Sequence record: SRR20825015_191
Length of the DNA stretch: 64,000 nt
Direction: 5' to 3' (one strand)
The translations under genes were made by a program, and so were the position numbers. Numbering within the stretch: position 1 is the first letter of the stretch; each line of letters opens with the position of its first letter. Below the pieces are notes generated by a model. It had not been told where the DNA came from. It saw only the letters and a list, made by a program, of their open reading frames with translations, and ran no database searches. Below are positions 18,263 through 30,690 of this stretch, in pieces.

Positions 18263-19891
18263 TTAGAACGCTTTGCCGTCGGCTTTGGTGCCACAGAGCG
18301 AGACTTCGATGCCGAGGTCGGCGGCGAGGGCGGCTTTGGTGTAGAGCGCGAGATCGGCATCCTTCGCGGATTTGGCGTAAGCGACCTGAATGTGGTTGGC
18401 CTGATGACGTCCCATCAATTGATCGCGGGACACGCCGTAAGTGACCGCATGCATGATCGGCCACTCGGGAGAGGTTTCCTGCCAACGTCGTTCGGTTTCC
18501 TCACGCGGAAGGCTGATGACCTTGGCGCGGCCGAGATCCATCTTGAGTTTGCCGTCCTGAACGAAGACACGGCTCCAAACGATTTCGCCGGGCTTGGCGA
18601 TGCCGCGCACGGTGCCGCCGCCGAGGCGGAAATACATCTTGGGTTGGCGCAGAGAATCGGTGCCGGCGTAGCCGTCGATATGGTGTTCCGGAGGAGCGCT
18701 ACCGGAAATCAGAAAGACCCAAACGTATTCGTCGGTCGTGCCGCTCGCATCGTAGTCGCCCCAACGCAAATCGTGGAGGGTGTTCTCGACCGGTTGGCGG
18801 AGGGCCTTGTGCACGCGATTGGTGAAAAGTCCGTCGAGACCGGCGCATTCATCGACTTCATTGAAATGGGTGAGCGGCTCGCCCTTGCGAATGACTTTGC
18901 CCTGGGCGTTTTTGACTTCGGGGCGATCGGAATTGTTGAGCAACCCTTCAACCAAATCGGAGGCTGGCAAGAGATCCTTGAGACCCTGCTGATATTGGAT
19001 GCCGATCGTTTCGCAGCCGAATTCATCGGCGATGCGGAGCGCGGCGACATAGGTTTTACACTGCCACAGCACCTGCTCGCGGGTGAGTTCGTTCTCCTCG
19101 TCTTTGCCGAAGCGGAACTTCATGCCCTTGTCCTTGAGCCATTTGAACACGGCCTTCGCTTCCTTGTCGGTGACCTGGGTCGCGCCGTAATAGAGCGCGG
19201 ATTGGGAAAGACGTTCTTTGTAAACGCCGCAGGGGAAGAGCAATTCGTCGGGAATGATCGCGTTATACATGCCCATGCAACCTTCATCGAAGACGCCCAT
19301 GATGGATTTCTTCTGACGCAGATCGTCGGCGATTTTTTTTGCGATGCTCTTGGCTTTCGGTGGCACCTTACAGCGGGAAAGGGACTTAACGTGTTTCGAA
19401 GTGTGCTTGATGGCACCGGTTTCGATCCATTTGGCGAGATTGGTGAGGAAAAACTCGTCGGTGAAATCCTTACTCCAGAGCGTGGAATAATTCACACCGG
19501 CCTTGGTGAGAGAACCATTGAGATTGAGCATGCCGACGAGACCGGGGGCGGAGCCCGACCAGTTGGCCACGGTGAGGATCGGAGCCTGATGCGAGATCAA
19601 GCCGGAGAGGATGTGGGAGGAATACTGCCAAACGGCTTCGGCCACGATCAGAGGGGTCTTCGGATCGATCTTCGAGAAAACTTCCATCCCTTCTTTTTGG
19701 GATCCGATGAAGCCGTGCTTGAGTTTCGATTTGTAAGGATGGGCGCGGACGAGCTTGTAGCCGAGCTTGGCGACGGCGGTGGTGAGTTGCTTCTCCATCG
19801 CCTTCTGGAAGCCCCAGGTGTATTCGTTGGCGGCAGGACGCAGATCGCCGTTGGCGATGAGCAGGATTGTTTTGGCAGAGGTCTTTTTCAT
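18263..19891 (-). CDS. L-fucose isomerase-like protein
   Basis: NWSG..PGLVGMLNL, DEGCMGM, FNEVDEC, TLHDLRWG, QANHIQVAY. Confidence 0.8.
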   Translation of the reverse strand: MKKTSAKTILLIANGDLRPAANEYTWGFQKAMEKQLTTAVAKLGYKLVRAHPYKSKLKHGFIGSQKEGMEVFSKIDPKTPLIVAEAVWQYSSHILSGLISHQAPILTVANWSGSAPGLVGMLNLNGSLTKAGVNYSTLWSKDFTDEFFLTNLAKWIETGAIKHTSKHVKSLSRCKVPPKAKSIAKKIADDLRQKKSIMGVFDEGCMGMYNAIIPDELLFPCGVYKERLSQSALYYGATQVTDKEAKAVFKWLKDKGMKFRFGKDEENELTREQVLWQCKTYVAALRIADEFGCETIGIQYQQGLKDLLPASDLVEGLLNNSDRPEVKNAQGKVIRKGEPLTHFNEVDECAGLDGLFTNRVHKALRQPVENTLHDLRWGDYDASGTTDEYVWVFLISGSAPPEHHIDGYAGTDSLRQPKMYFRLGGGTVRGIAKPGEIVWSRVFVQDGKLKMDLGRAKVISLPREETERRWQETSPEWPIMHAVTYGVSRDQLMGRHQANHIQVAYAKSAKDADLALYTKAALAADLGIEVSLCGTKADGKAF

Positions 19892-19975
19892 AGGGCTAGA
19901 TAAAATCGGCTGAAATCAGCAAGAATTGGTATGAGGTTAACTTCGCCATTATGCACTGGCGAATCGTAAGTCGGA

Positions 19976-20878
19976 ATGGATACTTTGCGGAAAGGAATGG
20001 ATAATATCGGCATCAAAAAGCAGCAAACGCTGCTTTCCCAGCAGGTCACGGGCACGCGCTACTTTTTTCAGGATCTTGCGAATGAACCCCGCGGGCCGTT
20101 GCGTCCGGCTCTGGGTGGTCGCGAATATTGCAATCCGGATTATGCGGTCGATCGCGAGGGGTATGCCTATGCCGGTTTGGAATATGTGGCTGAGGGAGAG
20201 GGATGGATAACATTGGATCGCACGCGGCACGAGTTGAAACCCGGCACGGTGTTTGCCTACGGGATGGGCACCCGGTGCGTGATTCGCACAAATCCGGAGG
20301 TCCCGTTGGTGAAGTATTTCGTCTGTCTGGCGGGGACTGGGGCGGTGGGGCGATTGCGTCGGGCCGGGGTTAATCCGGGGAAGGTTCGGGTGCTGGCCAC
20401 CCATGCGGAGATGCGGGGTTTGTTCGAAGAACTGATTCACGAAGGGCAACGTCCGGGGACCTTGGCGCGATCGCTGAGTGCCGTTCGATTGGAACTGCTG
20501 TTACTAAAAATCGAAGAACACATCGCGCATGGTCCACGCCGGGATGATCCGGCGCGTGAGCGTTTTCTGCGCTGCAAATCGGTGATCGATGAACGGGCGA
20601 TCAAGCTCACCACGTTGGAGGATATTGCGAAGGTGGTAGGGATGGAGGTGTCGAGTGTCTGTCGCTTGTTTCGACGCTTTCACGATTGCAGTCCCTATCG
20701 CTACTTATTGCAGCGCAAGATGACACTGGCGGCGGAAGACCTCGTGGAGAATGGCGGTCTGATCAAGGAAGCCGCGCAGCGCGTGGGCTTCGCCGATCCG
20801 TATCATTTTTCGCGGTGCTTCAAGCTTATCCACGGCGTGGCTCCGCGCGACCTGTTGCGCTACCGTCGCGCGGAGTAG
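19976..20878 (+). CDS. AraC family transcriptional regulator
   Basis: N-terminal cupin-like domain and C-terminal AAQRVGFADPYHFSRCFK; divergent from the isomerase gene. Confidence 0.93.
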   Translation: MDTLRKGMDNIGIKKQQTLLSQQVTGTRYFFQDLANEPRGPLRPALGGREYCNPDYAVDREGYAYAGLEYVAEGEGWITLDRTRHELKPGTVFAYGMGTRCVIRTNPEVPLVKYFVCLAGTGAVGRLRRAGVNPGKVRVLATHAEMRGLFEELIHEGQRPGTLARSLSAVRLELLLLKIEEHIAHGPRRDDPARERFLRCKSVIDERAIKLTTLEDIAKVVGMEVSSVCRLFRRFHDCSPYRYLLQRKMTLAAEDLVENGGLIKEAAQRVGFADPYHFSRCFKLIHGVAPRDLLRYRRAE

Positions 20879-20885
20879 GCATGAT

Positions 20886-22271
20886 CTACTGCTGCTGAAG
20901 CGCGTAGAGATCGGCTTCGCTCAAGGTGAAACGCAGCCGGATCGCGCGACCGGCGAGTTCGGACCAACTACGCTTCTTCGACCATTTGACGGGATGATGC
21001 ACGCTGTCGCCAAAGAGTTTGGGAGCGGCGCGACCGGAGAAGCCTTCGATGGGTTTGTTTTCAGAATCGAGCACTTCGATGCGAATGGTGCCGGCCGCGC
21101 TAGTCGCGAAATTGAGGAAGAGTTGATCGCCTTCACTGATGAAGGTTTTGGTGAGAACCTTTCCTTTTTGACGTCCGGCCCGCAGGCGAGCGAAACCATC
21201 GGTGCGGAGGGTGTGCAGGTTAAGATGGCAACTCTCGGAGGCATAGTGCCGACAGCGATAAAACCCCAGGGTGTTGGGATTGAGCGGCACGACTCCGACG
21301 GAGACCATGTTATTGCGGCCAACCCAATCCTGAGGGTCGAGCCCCGGTTTGAGGTAGGCCTCAGGGAAATGCCGATCGTATTGGGTGCCGCCCCGGCTGG
21401 TCATGAACACGGTGTCAGAAACATCGGCTTCGCGACCTTCCAGCACGCCGAGCGACTTGGCCTGCGCTGAGGTCATCCACTGTCGTTTTTGCATGAAACG
21501 GGATGGCAGGGCGATGTAGATGTGGGGGGCGAGCGCATAGGGCTCGGTGACGTTGGTGTAGTATTCTTCCTGGGGAAGGTCGCCGAATGACATCACATCA
21601 GCTTTCGACCAGTGGATGAAATCAGGAGAAGTGGATCGTGCGATGGTGCGAAGCCCTTTGTAACCTTCACCCGTCCAGACGCGAAAATAGAGCACGTAGC
21701 ATTGTTCGGAGTCGGACCAGAAGGGGACATTCTGGGAGTCGAAAATCCCTGCGGTGTAGACTGCTTCTTTTTGGATTTTTCGCCAATGGATGCCATCTGC
21801 TGAGGCCAGACCAAAGAGGCCGAGTTTGTCGTTACCAGCGACGGCTTTAAATTTCTCGTCGGATTTAACCGCAGGATTGGTGTCGAGAAATGGCGTGAAA
21901 TTGTGGGTGATCGTTTCACCGGAATCATCGTCGACGATGATAATGTTGGTATCATTGCGGTCTTCGTATGGGAACAGTCCGAGCTTGGGCTTCACCCAAT
22001 GAATGCCATCGGTGCTTTCCGCGTAGCAGGTGAAGGCCTTGGCTTTGATGGCGCTATGCCCGCGATAATACATGCGGTAGAGATCGCCGTCTTTGATCGT
22101 GGCGCAGTAGAGGCTATAAGCTCCTTCCCAAGGTTCATCGAAAGGGATGACGACATCGGTGGGGGTGGGATCGACAAGCTCGTGGGAGACCCGGGTGAGC
22201 TTCTCAAGAAGATGGCCGTCGAAAAAGGGTTCGCGGCGAGTGCTGATGGTCAGAGGGGCAGGGGATGACAT
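20886..22271 (-). CDS. Putative beta-propeller glycoside hydrolase-like protein
   Basis: YAESTDGIHW.KP, SADGIHW, FDSQN, SPDFIHW, LRTDGF repeats. Confidence 0.7.
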   Translation of the reverse strand: MSSPAPLTISTRREPFFDGHLLEKLTRVSHELVDPTPTDVVIPFDEPWEGAYSLYCATIKDGDLYRMYYRGHSAIKAKAFTCYAESTDGIHWVKPKLGLFPYEDRNDTNIIIVDDDSGETITHNFTPFLDTNPAVKSDEKFKAVAGNDKLGLFGLASADGIHWRKIQKEAVYTAGIFDSQNVPFWSDSEQCYVLYFRVWTGEGYKGLRTIARSTSPDFIHWSKADVMSFGDLPQEEYYTNVTEPYALAPHIYIALPSRFMQKRQWMTSAQAKSLGVLEGREADVSDTVFMTSRGGTQYDRHFPEAYLKPGLDPQDWVGRNNMVSVGVVPLNPNTLGFYRCRHYASESCHLNLHTLRTDGFARLRAGRQKGKVLTKTFISEGDQLFLNFATSAAGTIRIEVLDSENKPIEGFSGRAAPKLFGDSVHHPVKWSKKRSWSELAGRAIRLRFTLSEADLYALQQQ

Positions 22272-22379
22272 CCGCGTAGTCTTGAAGTGAATCGTGGTAA
22301 TCCAATCTCAAAGCGAGTCATGTTCACTGCGGCTTGAGAATTAGCTCTCTTTTTCCTATAAGCCCCCATAGGGTCTGCC

Positions 22380-24185
<1,806 letters not shown>

Positions 24186-24294
24186 ACACGACATTTTTGC
24201 GGCTCAGGATATGAGCTGATCGGGCTGTCATCCGAATGTGACATGCCCTCGTCTTGACATGGGCGGACGTGCGCGGTTATTGCGATAGCCCCGT

Positions 24295-24912
24295 ATGGAG
24301 GTCGCTCTTGATCAACCGGTGCTGGTTCTTAACCGTCTATGGCAGGCGGTCAACGTCATCGGCGCCCGCCGGGCCTTTGCGATTCTCTCCCAAGGGCACG
24401 CCCAGGTCGTGCATCATGCGCAGGATAATTTTCAGACCTTTGAGTTGCTGGACTGGATTGATTTTTCCGCCAATAATCCACCGATCGAGGCGATGGAAAT
24501 GGTGCATACGCCCAATCACACGATTCGATTGCCCCGGGTGATTCTCCTTTCGTTTTTCGACAAACTTCCCCGCAAGGAACTCAAACTCACGCGGAACAAT
24601 GTATTCGAGCGCGATAAGGATACCTGCCAGTATTGCGCCAAACGCCTTCCCCGGGAGATGCTCAATCTCGACCATGTGATCCCGCGCGATTTCGGAGGTA
24701 AGACGACTTGGGAAAACATCGTCTGCTCGTGTATCAAGTGCAACACGCACAAGGCCAATCGCCTGCCGCATCAGGCAAAAATGCGTTTGATCCGCAAGCC
24801 GATCAAACCGAAGTGGCGCCCCGTGATTTCACTCGTGCTCGGACATCAACATCGTGAGATGTGGAAGGGTTTTCTCGACGTGGCCTACTGGAATGTTGAG
24901 CTGGAAGAGTGA
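24295..24912 (+). CDS. HNH endonuclease (stand-alone)
   Basis: VLVLN, RDKDTCQYC, DHVIPRDFGG.TTWENIVCSCIKCNTHK. Confidence 0.93.
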   Translation: MEVALDQPVLVLNRLWQAVNVIGARRAFAILSQGHAQVVHHAQDNFQTFELLDWIDFSANNPPIEAMEMVHTPNHTIRLPRVILLSFFDKLPRKELKLTRNNVFERDKDTCQYCAKRLPREMLNLDHVIPRDFGGKTTWENIVCSCIKCNTHKANRLPHQAKMRLIRKPIKPKWRPVISLVLGHQHREMWKGFLDVAYWNVELEE

Positions 24913-25026
24913 GGGGATTTTCGATTTTGGATTACTGCTGCGCGCCAGGCTTCGCAGCACAAGTTGGGGATTTGGGATTGGCCGAAGCTATGGGACAGAG
25001 CGATAGTTCGATGCCCTGAGGTTGAT

Positions 25027-25082
25027 GTAGAGCGGCTTTATGCCGCGATTCGAGAGATTATCGCGGCGTAAACCGCTCCTAC
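25027..25082. repeat. REP doublet (REPIN-like), second GTAG family
   Basis: GTAGAGCGGCTTTATGCCGCGAT...ATCGCGGCGTAAACCGCTCCTAC. Confidence 0.8.
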
Positions 25083-25149
25083 AGTTTTTGATGTTTAGCT
25101 CTGTTCACGAAGTCATTGCTTCAGCGGGATCGATTCGTAGATTGTTGGC

Positions 25150-25674
25150 ATGCTCACAAATCTCGTGATGACAATTATCGGGGCGGATCGTCCCGGCTTG
25201 GTTCAACTGGTCGCGTCGCGTTTGGCCGATCACGGCGGGAATTGGCTGGAGAGCCGGATGGGTCATTTGGGCGGACAATTCGCCGGGATCGTGCGCGCCG
25301 AGGTGGAAACGGATCAAGCCGATGAACTCGTCAAAGCGCTGCATGCTCTGGAAGTCGACGGTCTGCGCGTGATCGTGCACACTGAGTCTGAGGTTATGCC
25401 TGCAGCAGGCGGTGTGGCGGCGACTTTGAGTGTCGTCGGACAGGATCGTCCGGGCATTTTGCGCGCGGTTTCCGCCGTGCTGACGGCGCATGCCGTCAAT
25501 GTGGAAGAGCTTGAATCGGAACGAATCAGTGCACCGATGGGCGGCGGCACTCTGTTTCAGGCCGCGATTTCAGTGCACGCCGGTTCGACGGAAATCCTCG
25601 CCGACGTGCAGGCCGACTTGGAAAAGATCGCGACCGATTTGATGGTCGATCTGAAACTGAACACCGAATCCTAA
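25150..25674 (+). CDS. Tandem ACT-domain protein (GcvR-like)
   Basis: GADRPGLV, GNWLESRM, GQDRPGIL. Confidence 0.88.
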   Translation: MLTNLVMTIIGADRPGLVQLVASRLADHGGNWLESRMGHLGGQFAGIVRAEVETDQADELVKALHALEVDGLRVIVHTESEVMPAAGGVAATLSVVGQDRPGILRAVSAVLTAHAVNVEELESERISAPMGGGTLFQAAISVHAGSTEILADVQADLEKIATDLMVDLKLNTES

Positions 25675-25693
25675 CCCAGGTAGGTAGGGGTTG

Positions 25694-25912
25694 TTATTTG
25701 CCGCTGAACTTTTGCCTGCCGATGAGCCAGATAGCGGCAGCGGCGATGAGATCGGTGAACACGACCACCAGCTTGATGGGCAGAGAGATTGGTAGAGGGA
25801 GGATCAAGATAAGCAGAGAGCTGATCGCGATGGCGGTGCAGATGATCGTGAGCAGGGCTTTCTTGCGGGCGAGATCGCCTGCTTGAGGATCGGTGGAAGG
25901 AGTTTCGGACAT
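25694..25912 (-). CDS. Small two-helix membrane protein
   Basis: 72 aa with two hydrophobic helices. Confidence 0.65.
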   Translation of the reverse strand: MSETPSTDPQAGDLARKKALLTIICTAIAISSLLILILPLPISLPIKLVVVFTDLIAAAAIWLIGRQKFSGK

Positions 25913-26022
25913 GGTAAATGTTGATGTCAGCGATGGAGCAGTGAGGAGATTTTTGCCTTATCTGACGGTTCTCAATCAATGCACAATCCTGAGAGAAAGA
26001 GTAAGAATAATGAGAATGATTT

Positions 26023-27783
26023 TTAGTGGGCGAGAGGTAGGGTGATCCGAAGGGTTGTCCCCTCGGGATTGCTGGTGACGAGCGCAATATCGCCATGGTG
26101 GCCCAATAGAACGCGTCGCGCGATGGCGAGGCCGAGGCCACTTCCATCGGGGCGACCGGAGAGAAATGAATCGAAGATGCGCTCCTGAAGTTCCTGCGGA
26201 ATGCCGCAACCCGTATCGATGATGTCCAGGCTGAGGTGTCCGGGATCGAGGGGTTGAAGTTTCAGAATAATCCTGCCGCCTTCGGGCATCGCTTGGGAAG
26301 CGTTGAGCAGGAGATTCAGCAGGACTTGCTGGAGCTGACCCTGATGACCTTCGACGACCAGAGCGTTCTTGGGATGGGAGAAATCGATCTCGATCTTGGC
26401 CTGCGCAAATTTAAGCCGCAGCAACACGAGGGTATCTTTGATGATATCTGCAAAGGACCAGCGCGCGTGAAGGTTGGACGAAGGGGTGGCTCCGAATTGA
26501 AGCACGCGGGTGACGATCCCTTCGAGCTGGTCGAGCTTTTCACCGATTACCCGCATATCGGTGTGACGGGGATCGTCGGGTGGGAAATCCATGCCGAGTC
26601 CGCCGTGCAAGAGTTTGAGCACGGTGAGTGGATTGCGGATTTCGTGGGCAATTTCGGCGGAGAGCAGACCGAGGGTGGTGAGTTGTTCGTTTTTACGGAG
26701 GGTGTCTTCGCTTTGAAAAACCCGGGCGTAGAGATGGGCGTTTTCCATCGCGACGGCCCCAAGGCTGGCGAGCCCGGCGGTGAGCCGTTTCGTGTCGTTG
26801 TCGAAGCGTTGGATCCTTTTGGCAAAGAGGGTCAGCGCACCGCGCACGCGGTTTTCGTAAACGAGCGGGGTGATCAATACGGAGTGGAGTTCAGGATCGT
26901 TGGGGAGATCGGGCAGATCCAGAAACCCGGGCGAGCGAATGTCCGAGTATTCGGTTTGACGGGCGGTGCGCACCGAACCGCCGATGAGGCATTCGTCGGT
27001 GGGGTGTTCCGTTTGGTCGATGGTGATATCGTGGGAAGCGGAGAGAGAGACGCAGCGCAAGGTGTCGGGGGATTCCTCGTAAAGATAGAGTGCGCAGGCT
27101 TGAGCGTTGAGCATGTGCCGCGTGTCGCGGGTCAACGAATCAAAGAGTTCCTGGGGCGCGAGCTTGCCCACGAGTGAGTGGCCGATGGTGATGAGCGATT
27201 CCAGCTGATTGGCCTTACCTTGCAGTTGATCGACGAGCCAGATGCGACGGAGCACGCGAGTGATCTCATCAGTAAGAGCGATCAGTAATTCGAGTTCGGA
27301 TGGAGAAAAACCGCTGTCTTGATCGTGATCGAGCACGATAACCCCAATGGGATTTTCATCGATCAGCATGGGGGCCGCCATTTGGCAGTGAGTCGATTCG
27401 CGCAGAGGGCGATAACGCGGATCGGTGGCGACTACTTCGGCCAGCACGGCCTGGGCGTGCAGGGCAGCCCAGCCGGGGAGCCCTTTGCCCATCTCAAATG
27501 TAGGGATGGAAGTAGCGGCGGGGTGACCGCAATGCGCTTCGCATTCGAGCAGACCCGAATCGGGATTGAGGAGAAACAGATAGCCGTGCTGAGCGTGGAG
27601 CGCGCTGAGCGTGGCTTCCAAGGCGCGCTCGGCGGCATCGGGCCGCGATTCCCCGCTGGCCAGTGCGGCGATTTGGTAAAGCGCAGGATAGGCGTGGGAT
27701 GGGAGTGAGTCCCGGGACGATGAATTAGGCGACGCGTGGTGATCCACGTGGACAAGTCTCTCGCTCTCGGGACGAGGCGGCAA
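26023..27783 (-). CDS. Two-GAF sensor histidine kinase
   Basis: AHEIRNPL, QVLLNLLLNA, DTGCGI, GSGLGL; start uncertain (TTG 27783 or GTG 27747); directly downstream of glnD. Confidence 0.88.
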   Translation of the reverse strand: MPPRPESERLVHVDHHASPNSSSRDSLPSHAYPALYQIAALASGESRPDAAERALEATLSALHAQHGYLFLLNPDSGLLECEAHCGHPAATSIPTFEMGKGLPGWAALHAQAVLAEVVATDPRYRPLRESTHCQMAAPMLIDENPIGVIVLDHDQDSGFSPSELELLIALTDEITRVLRRIWLVDQLQGKANQLESLITIGHSLVGKLAPQELFDSLTRDTRHMLNAQACALYLYEESPDTLRCVSLSASHDITIDQTEHPTDECLIGGSVRTARQTEYSDIRSPGFLDLPDLPNDPELHSVLITPLVYENRVRGALTLFAKRIQRFDNDTKRLTAGLASLGAVAMENAHLYARVFQSEDTLRKNEQLTTLGLLSAEIAHEIRNPLTVLKLLHGGLGMDFPPDDPRHTDMRVIGEKLDQLEGIVTRVLQFGATPSSNLHARWSFADIIKDTLVLLRLKFAQAKIEIDFSHPKNALVVEGHQGQLQQVLLNLLLNASQAMPEGGRIILKLQPLDPGHLSLDIIDTGCGIPQELQERIFDSFLSGRPDGSGLGLAIARRVLLGHHGDIALVTSNPEGTTLRITLPLAH

Positions 27784-27790
27784 TCCGGTT

Positions 27791-30583
27791 TTACTTCTCC
27801 GGGTTTTCTTCCGGAGCGATAATTTCCGCGAGGACATCACGGAGCGTGTGGAGACGCTCTTCATCGGCCGGCCGATCGGGATCGGTGTTTTCAATATAAA
27901 AGGTATCGATGGCGATTCCTCTTTCCGTGCCGATGCGGGAGAATGTGATGTCGAAGCCCTGCTCTGAAATCGCCCGTGATACGAGATAGAGGAGTCCCAC
28001 CCGATCGACGGCCTGAATTTCCACAATCGTGCGTTTCATCGAAAGCTCGCGGTAAACCTCCACCGTGGTGGGGAAGGAGGCATGGGGCCCTTCCTTCTGC
28101 TTCAGCGTGAAGCGGCTGTAGTGTTTCTTGGCCTGACCGAGAATTTCGGGATAGAGGTCGCGATCGGAGACCAGCGAATTTTTGACCGTCTGTTCGAAGA
28201 GCTCCTGAGCGCGGGTATTTTGCACCACCCCGCGTCCGGCTTCGACGACATAGAACGTATCAATGGCGATGTGATCGGCGCGGGAATTTACCTTGGCGCT
28301 GAGAATGGAGAGCCCGGCCACATTGAAAGCACCCGCAAGATTGTAGAAGAGACCGGGACGATCCCAGGTAACGACGTCGACGACGGTCAGGGAGCGATTG
28401 AGATCATCATGCCAATCGATCACCGGGCGGAGCGAACCCACGGATTTGGCATTCGCAATGGTCTTGAGGAGTTGGTTGACCATTTGAATATGGAGCACGA
28501 TTTCATCGTTATCCGTATAGAGAGAATAGCGTTCGGGGAGGAGCTGGAAGTGCGCGGTGATCTCCTCATTGGAAATGCCGGGAAGCTGACGGGCGATGAT
28601 GTCCTGATGAGTCATCTGGATACGCTCCTCGTGGTGGGCCTGAAGTTTTTCACCGTGGCGCAGGTGTTCGAGCGTGCGGCGATAGAGTCCCGTATGGAGG
28701 GTGTCCTTATAACTGTTCCAAAGCGATGCAGCCGTGCCGCGGGCATCGCAGAAGGTGTGAACGTAGAGGTGATGGAGTTTTTCCGGCTCCTCAATGATAT
28801 CGGCAAAGGCGGCGGCGGTTTCAGGGTCATCAACATCCCGCTTCTGCCAGAATCGTGCCATAATGAGATGGTTCTTGATAATATAGGCAACGAGCGCGCG
28901 ATTATTACTGGAAATATCGAGGCGTTGAAGGATGGGCTCGGCGATGCGCACACCACTTTCGGCGTGGCCTTGGATCCCGACCGCCTTGCCGATATCGTGC
29001 AGGAGTAAGATCAGATAGAGAAGGACGGGATCGGAGGTTTCATGGAGCGCTTTCCGATATTTAAGCGTGATGGGTTCGGCTTCCGAGAAGACGCGATCAA
29101 GCTCCCGAATCGTGCTCAGCGTGTGCACATCCGCAGTGTAGCGATGGTAGTATTCGTGCTGCACCAGACAGGTAAGCTTATCGAATTCGGGGATGAACCG
29201 ACCCAGCACGCCGAGTTCGTGCATCATGTTCAGCGTCGGATAGACCGAGCCCGTTTCGCTGAGGATGGCCTTGAAGCTTACGTTGGCTTCCTTCGAGTTG
29301 ATGACGGCATCGTTAATGAGGTCGCGACATTCCCGGATTTTGTTGATGAGATGAAAATCCGGTTGGCAGTCGAGCTGCTGACAATGCCGGAATACCCGGA
29401 TCAATCGCGCTGGATCGACTTGGAAAACATCAGGTCTTTCGGCGGCCAGTTCGCGTCCACGTAGGATGAACCCGTCGATGCGCTTGGCGCGCTGCATCCG
29501 CTGGGCGCGAATCACTTCGCGGAAGGAGACTTTCCCGTTATCGGGTTGCTCCAAACTCAGGGCGAGGCGGTTTTCGACGAGTTTGGATATGCGGTAAATC
29601 GCCCGGGCGGAACGATAGTAATTCTGCATGAAACGTTCCACGCGTTCCAATTCGTTTTTGCTGCGATAGCCGAGATTCCAGGCAATTCGGGTTTGGATCT
29701 CCAGATCGAGCGTATCGGTCGGCCGGGTGACCATGAAATGCAGTTCGTTGCGCACCCGATGGAGGAAATCGTAGGATTCGTTGAAGCGTTTGACCTCGGC
29801 CGGGCGCAAATAATTCTCCTCGGCGAGCTCATCGATGGAGAAGACGCCCAGTTTTACCTGAGCCATCCAGAGCGCGTTTTGATAATCCCGGAGCCCGCCC
29901 ACGCCGTTTTTGATATCGGGTTCCTGGATGAAAACGGTATCGCCGAACTTGGCGCGGCGCGACGCCTGGTCGGTGAGCCGATTGGCGATGTAAGCCTTGG
30001 GTTTTTCCGTGGTGTAGTAGCTGCGATACGCCTGCTGAAAAGTGGAGAAAAGGGAACGTGAACCGGCGATACGGCGCGATTGCAACAAAGCGGTCTTGGT
30101 CTGGATATCTTTACGCGCTTCCACGAAAACCTCGTCCACCGTGCGGGTGGAATGACCGACTTTCAGGTCGCAGTCCCAGAGCGGGTAGAGAATTTCGTTG
30201 GTCAGATGCTCCATGAACGGCTTGACGGCCTGGGCATTGGTCTTGGTCGGAAACAGAAACATCAGATCGATGTCGCTCAGCGGACTCAGCTCGCTGCGGC
30301 CATAACCCCCGAGAGCGACGAGGCAGACCGGCGTCGGTTTTGCACCGTGTTTTTCCTGATAACTTTTGATGGCGTGGTCGAACAGCTGCCGGATTAACAC
30401 GTCGATAAATGCCGCTCTTTCCTTGGTGATGGCCAGTCCGGAGGTGCCGGAATCATGGCTCGCCTTGAGGTGCGCAGTCTGGGCTTCGAGAAACGATTTG
30501 CATGCGGCCAGACGTTTGGCGTTGGACACGCCGACGGGTAGCATCAGGAGTTCGGATGAGAGTGACGAGGTCGGAGCGGCCAT
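27791..30583 (-). CDS. glnD: [Protein-PII] uridylyltransferase
   Basis: ALGGYGR.ELSPLSDIDL, EPDIKNGVGGLRD, YH.YTAD.H, LLHDIGK, two C-terminal ACT domains. Confidence 0.97.
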   Translation of the reverse strand: MAAPTSSLSSELLMLPVGVSNAKRLAACKSFLEAQTAHLKASHDSGTSGLAITKERAAFIDVLIRQLFDHAIKSYQEKHGAKPTPVCLVALGGYGRSELSPLSDIDLMFLFPTKTNAQAVKPFMEHLTNEILYPLWDCDLKVGHSTRTVDEVFVEARKDIQTKTALLQSRRIAGSRSLFSTFQQAYRSYYTTEKPKAYIANRLTDQASRRAKFGDTVFIQEPDIKNGVGGLRDYQNALWMAQVKLGVFSIDELAEENYLRPAEVKRFNESYDFLHRVRNELHFMVTRPTDTLDLEIQTRIAWNLGYRSKNELERVERFMQNYYRSARAIYRISKLVENRLALSLEQPDNGKVSFREVIRAQRMQRAKRIDGFILRGRELAAERPDVFQVDPARLIRVFRHCQQLDCQPDFHLINKIRECRDLINDAVINSKEANVSFKAILSETGSVYPTLNMMHELGVLGRFIPEFDKLTCLVQHEYYHRYTADVHTLSTIRELDRVFSEAEPITLKYRKALHETSDPVLLYLILLLHDIGKAVGIQGHAESGVRIAEPILQRLDISSNNRALVAYIIKNHLIMARFWQKRDVDDPETAAAFADIIEEPEKLHHLYVHTFCDARGTAASLWNSYKDTLHTGLYRRTLEHLRHGEKLQAHHEERIQMTHQDIIARQLPGISNEEITAHFQLLPERYSLYTDNDEIVLHIQMVNQLLKTIANAKSVGSLRPVIDWHDDLNRSLTVVDVVTWDRPGLFYNLAGAFNVAGLSILSAKVNSRADHIAIDTFYVVEAGRGVVQNTRAQELFEQTVKNSLVSDRDLYPEILGQAKKHYSRFTLKQKEGPHASFPTTVEVYRELSMKRTIVEIQAVDRVGLLYLVSRAISEQGFDITFSRIGTERGIAIDTFYIENTDPDRPADEERLHTLRDVLAEIIAPEENPEK

Positions 30584-30690
30584 GGAACGCCATCATGGAA
30601 GGAAAAATTGCCAGCGGGCGAGGGGATTTAACCACTTGCCTCGAACCGACTGCCGGAGTTCTCTCGGCGGTTCTAATCAATAGAATAGTC

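Noticed and set aside
18182-19903. 573-aa plus-strand ORF
   Set aside because: Antisense shadow of the fucose isomerase-like gene.
24254-24283. Sigma70 promoter (TTGACA) before the HNH gene
   Set aside because: Perfect -35 but poor -10; insufficient support.
24295-24912. HNH nuclease as part of a defence or RNA-guided system
   Set aside because: Short stand-alone HNH with no RuvC, methylase, ATPase or convincing adjacent ncRNA or array.
30502-30690. N-terminal extension of valS (and similar extensions of sucD, the hydroxyacid dehydrogenase, the hydrolase and the kinase)
   Set aside because: The extensions overlap neighbouring genes or repeats; family motifs begin at downstream starts.
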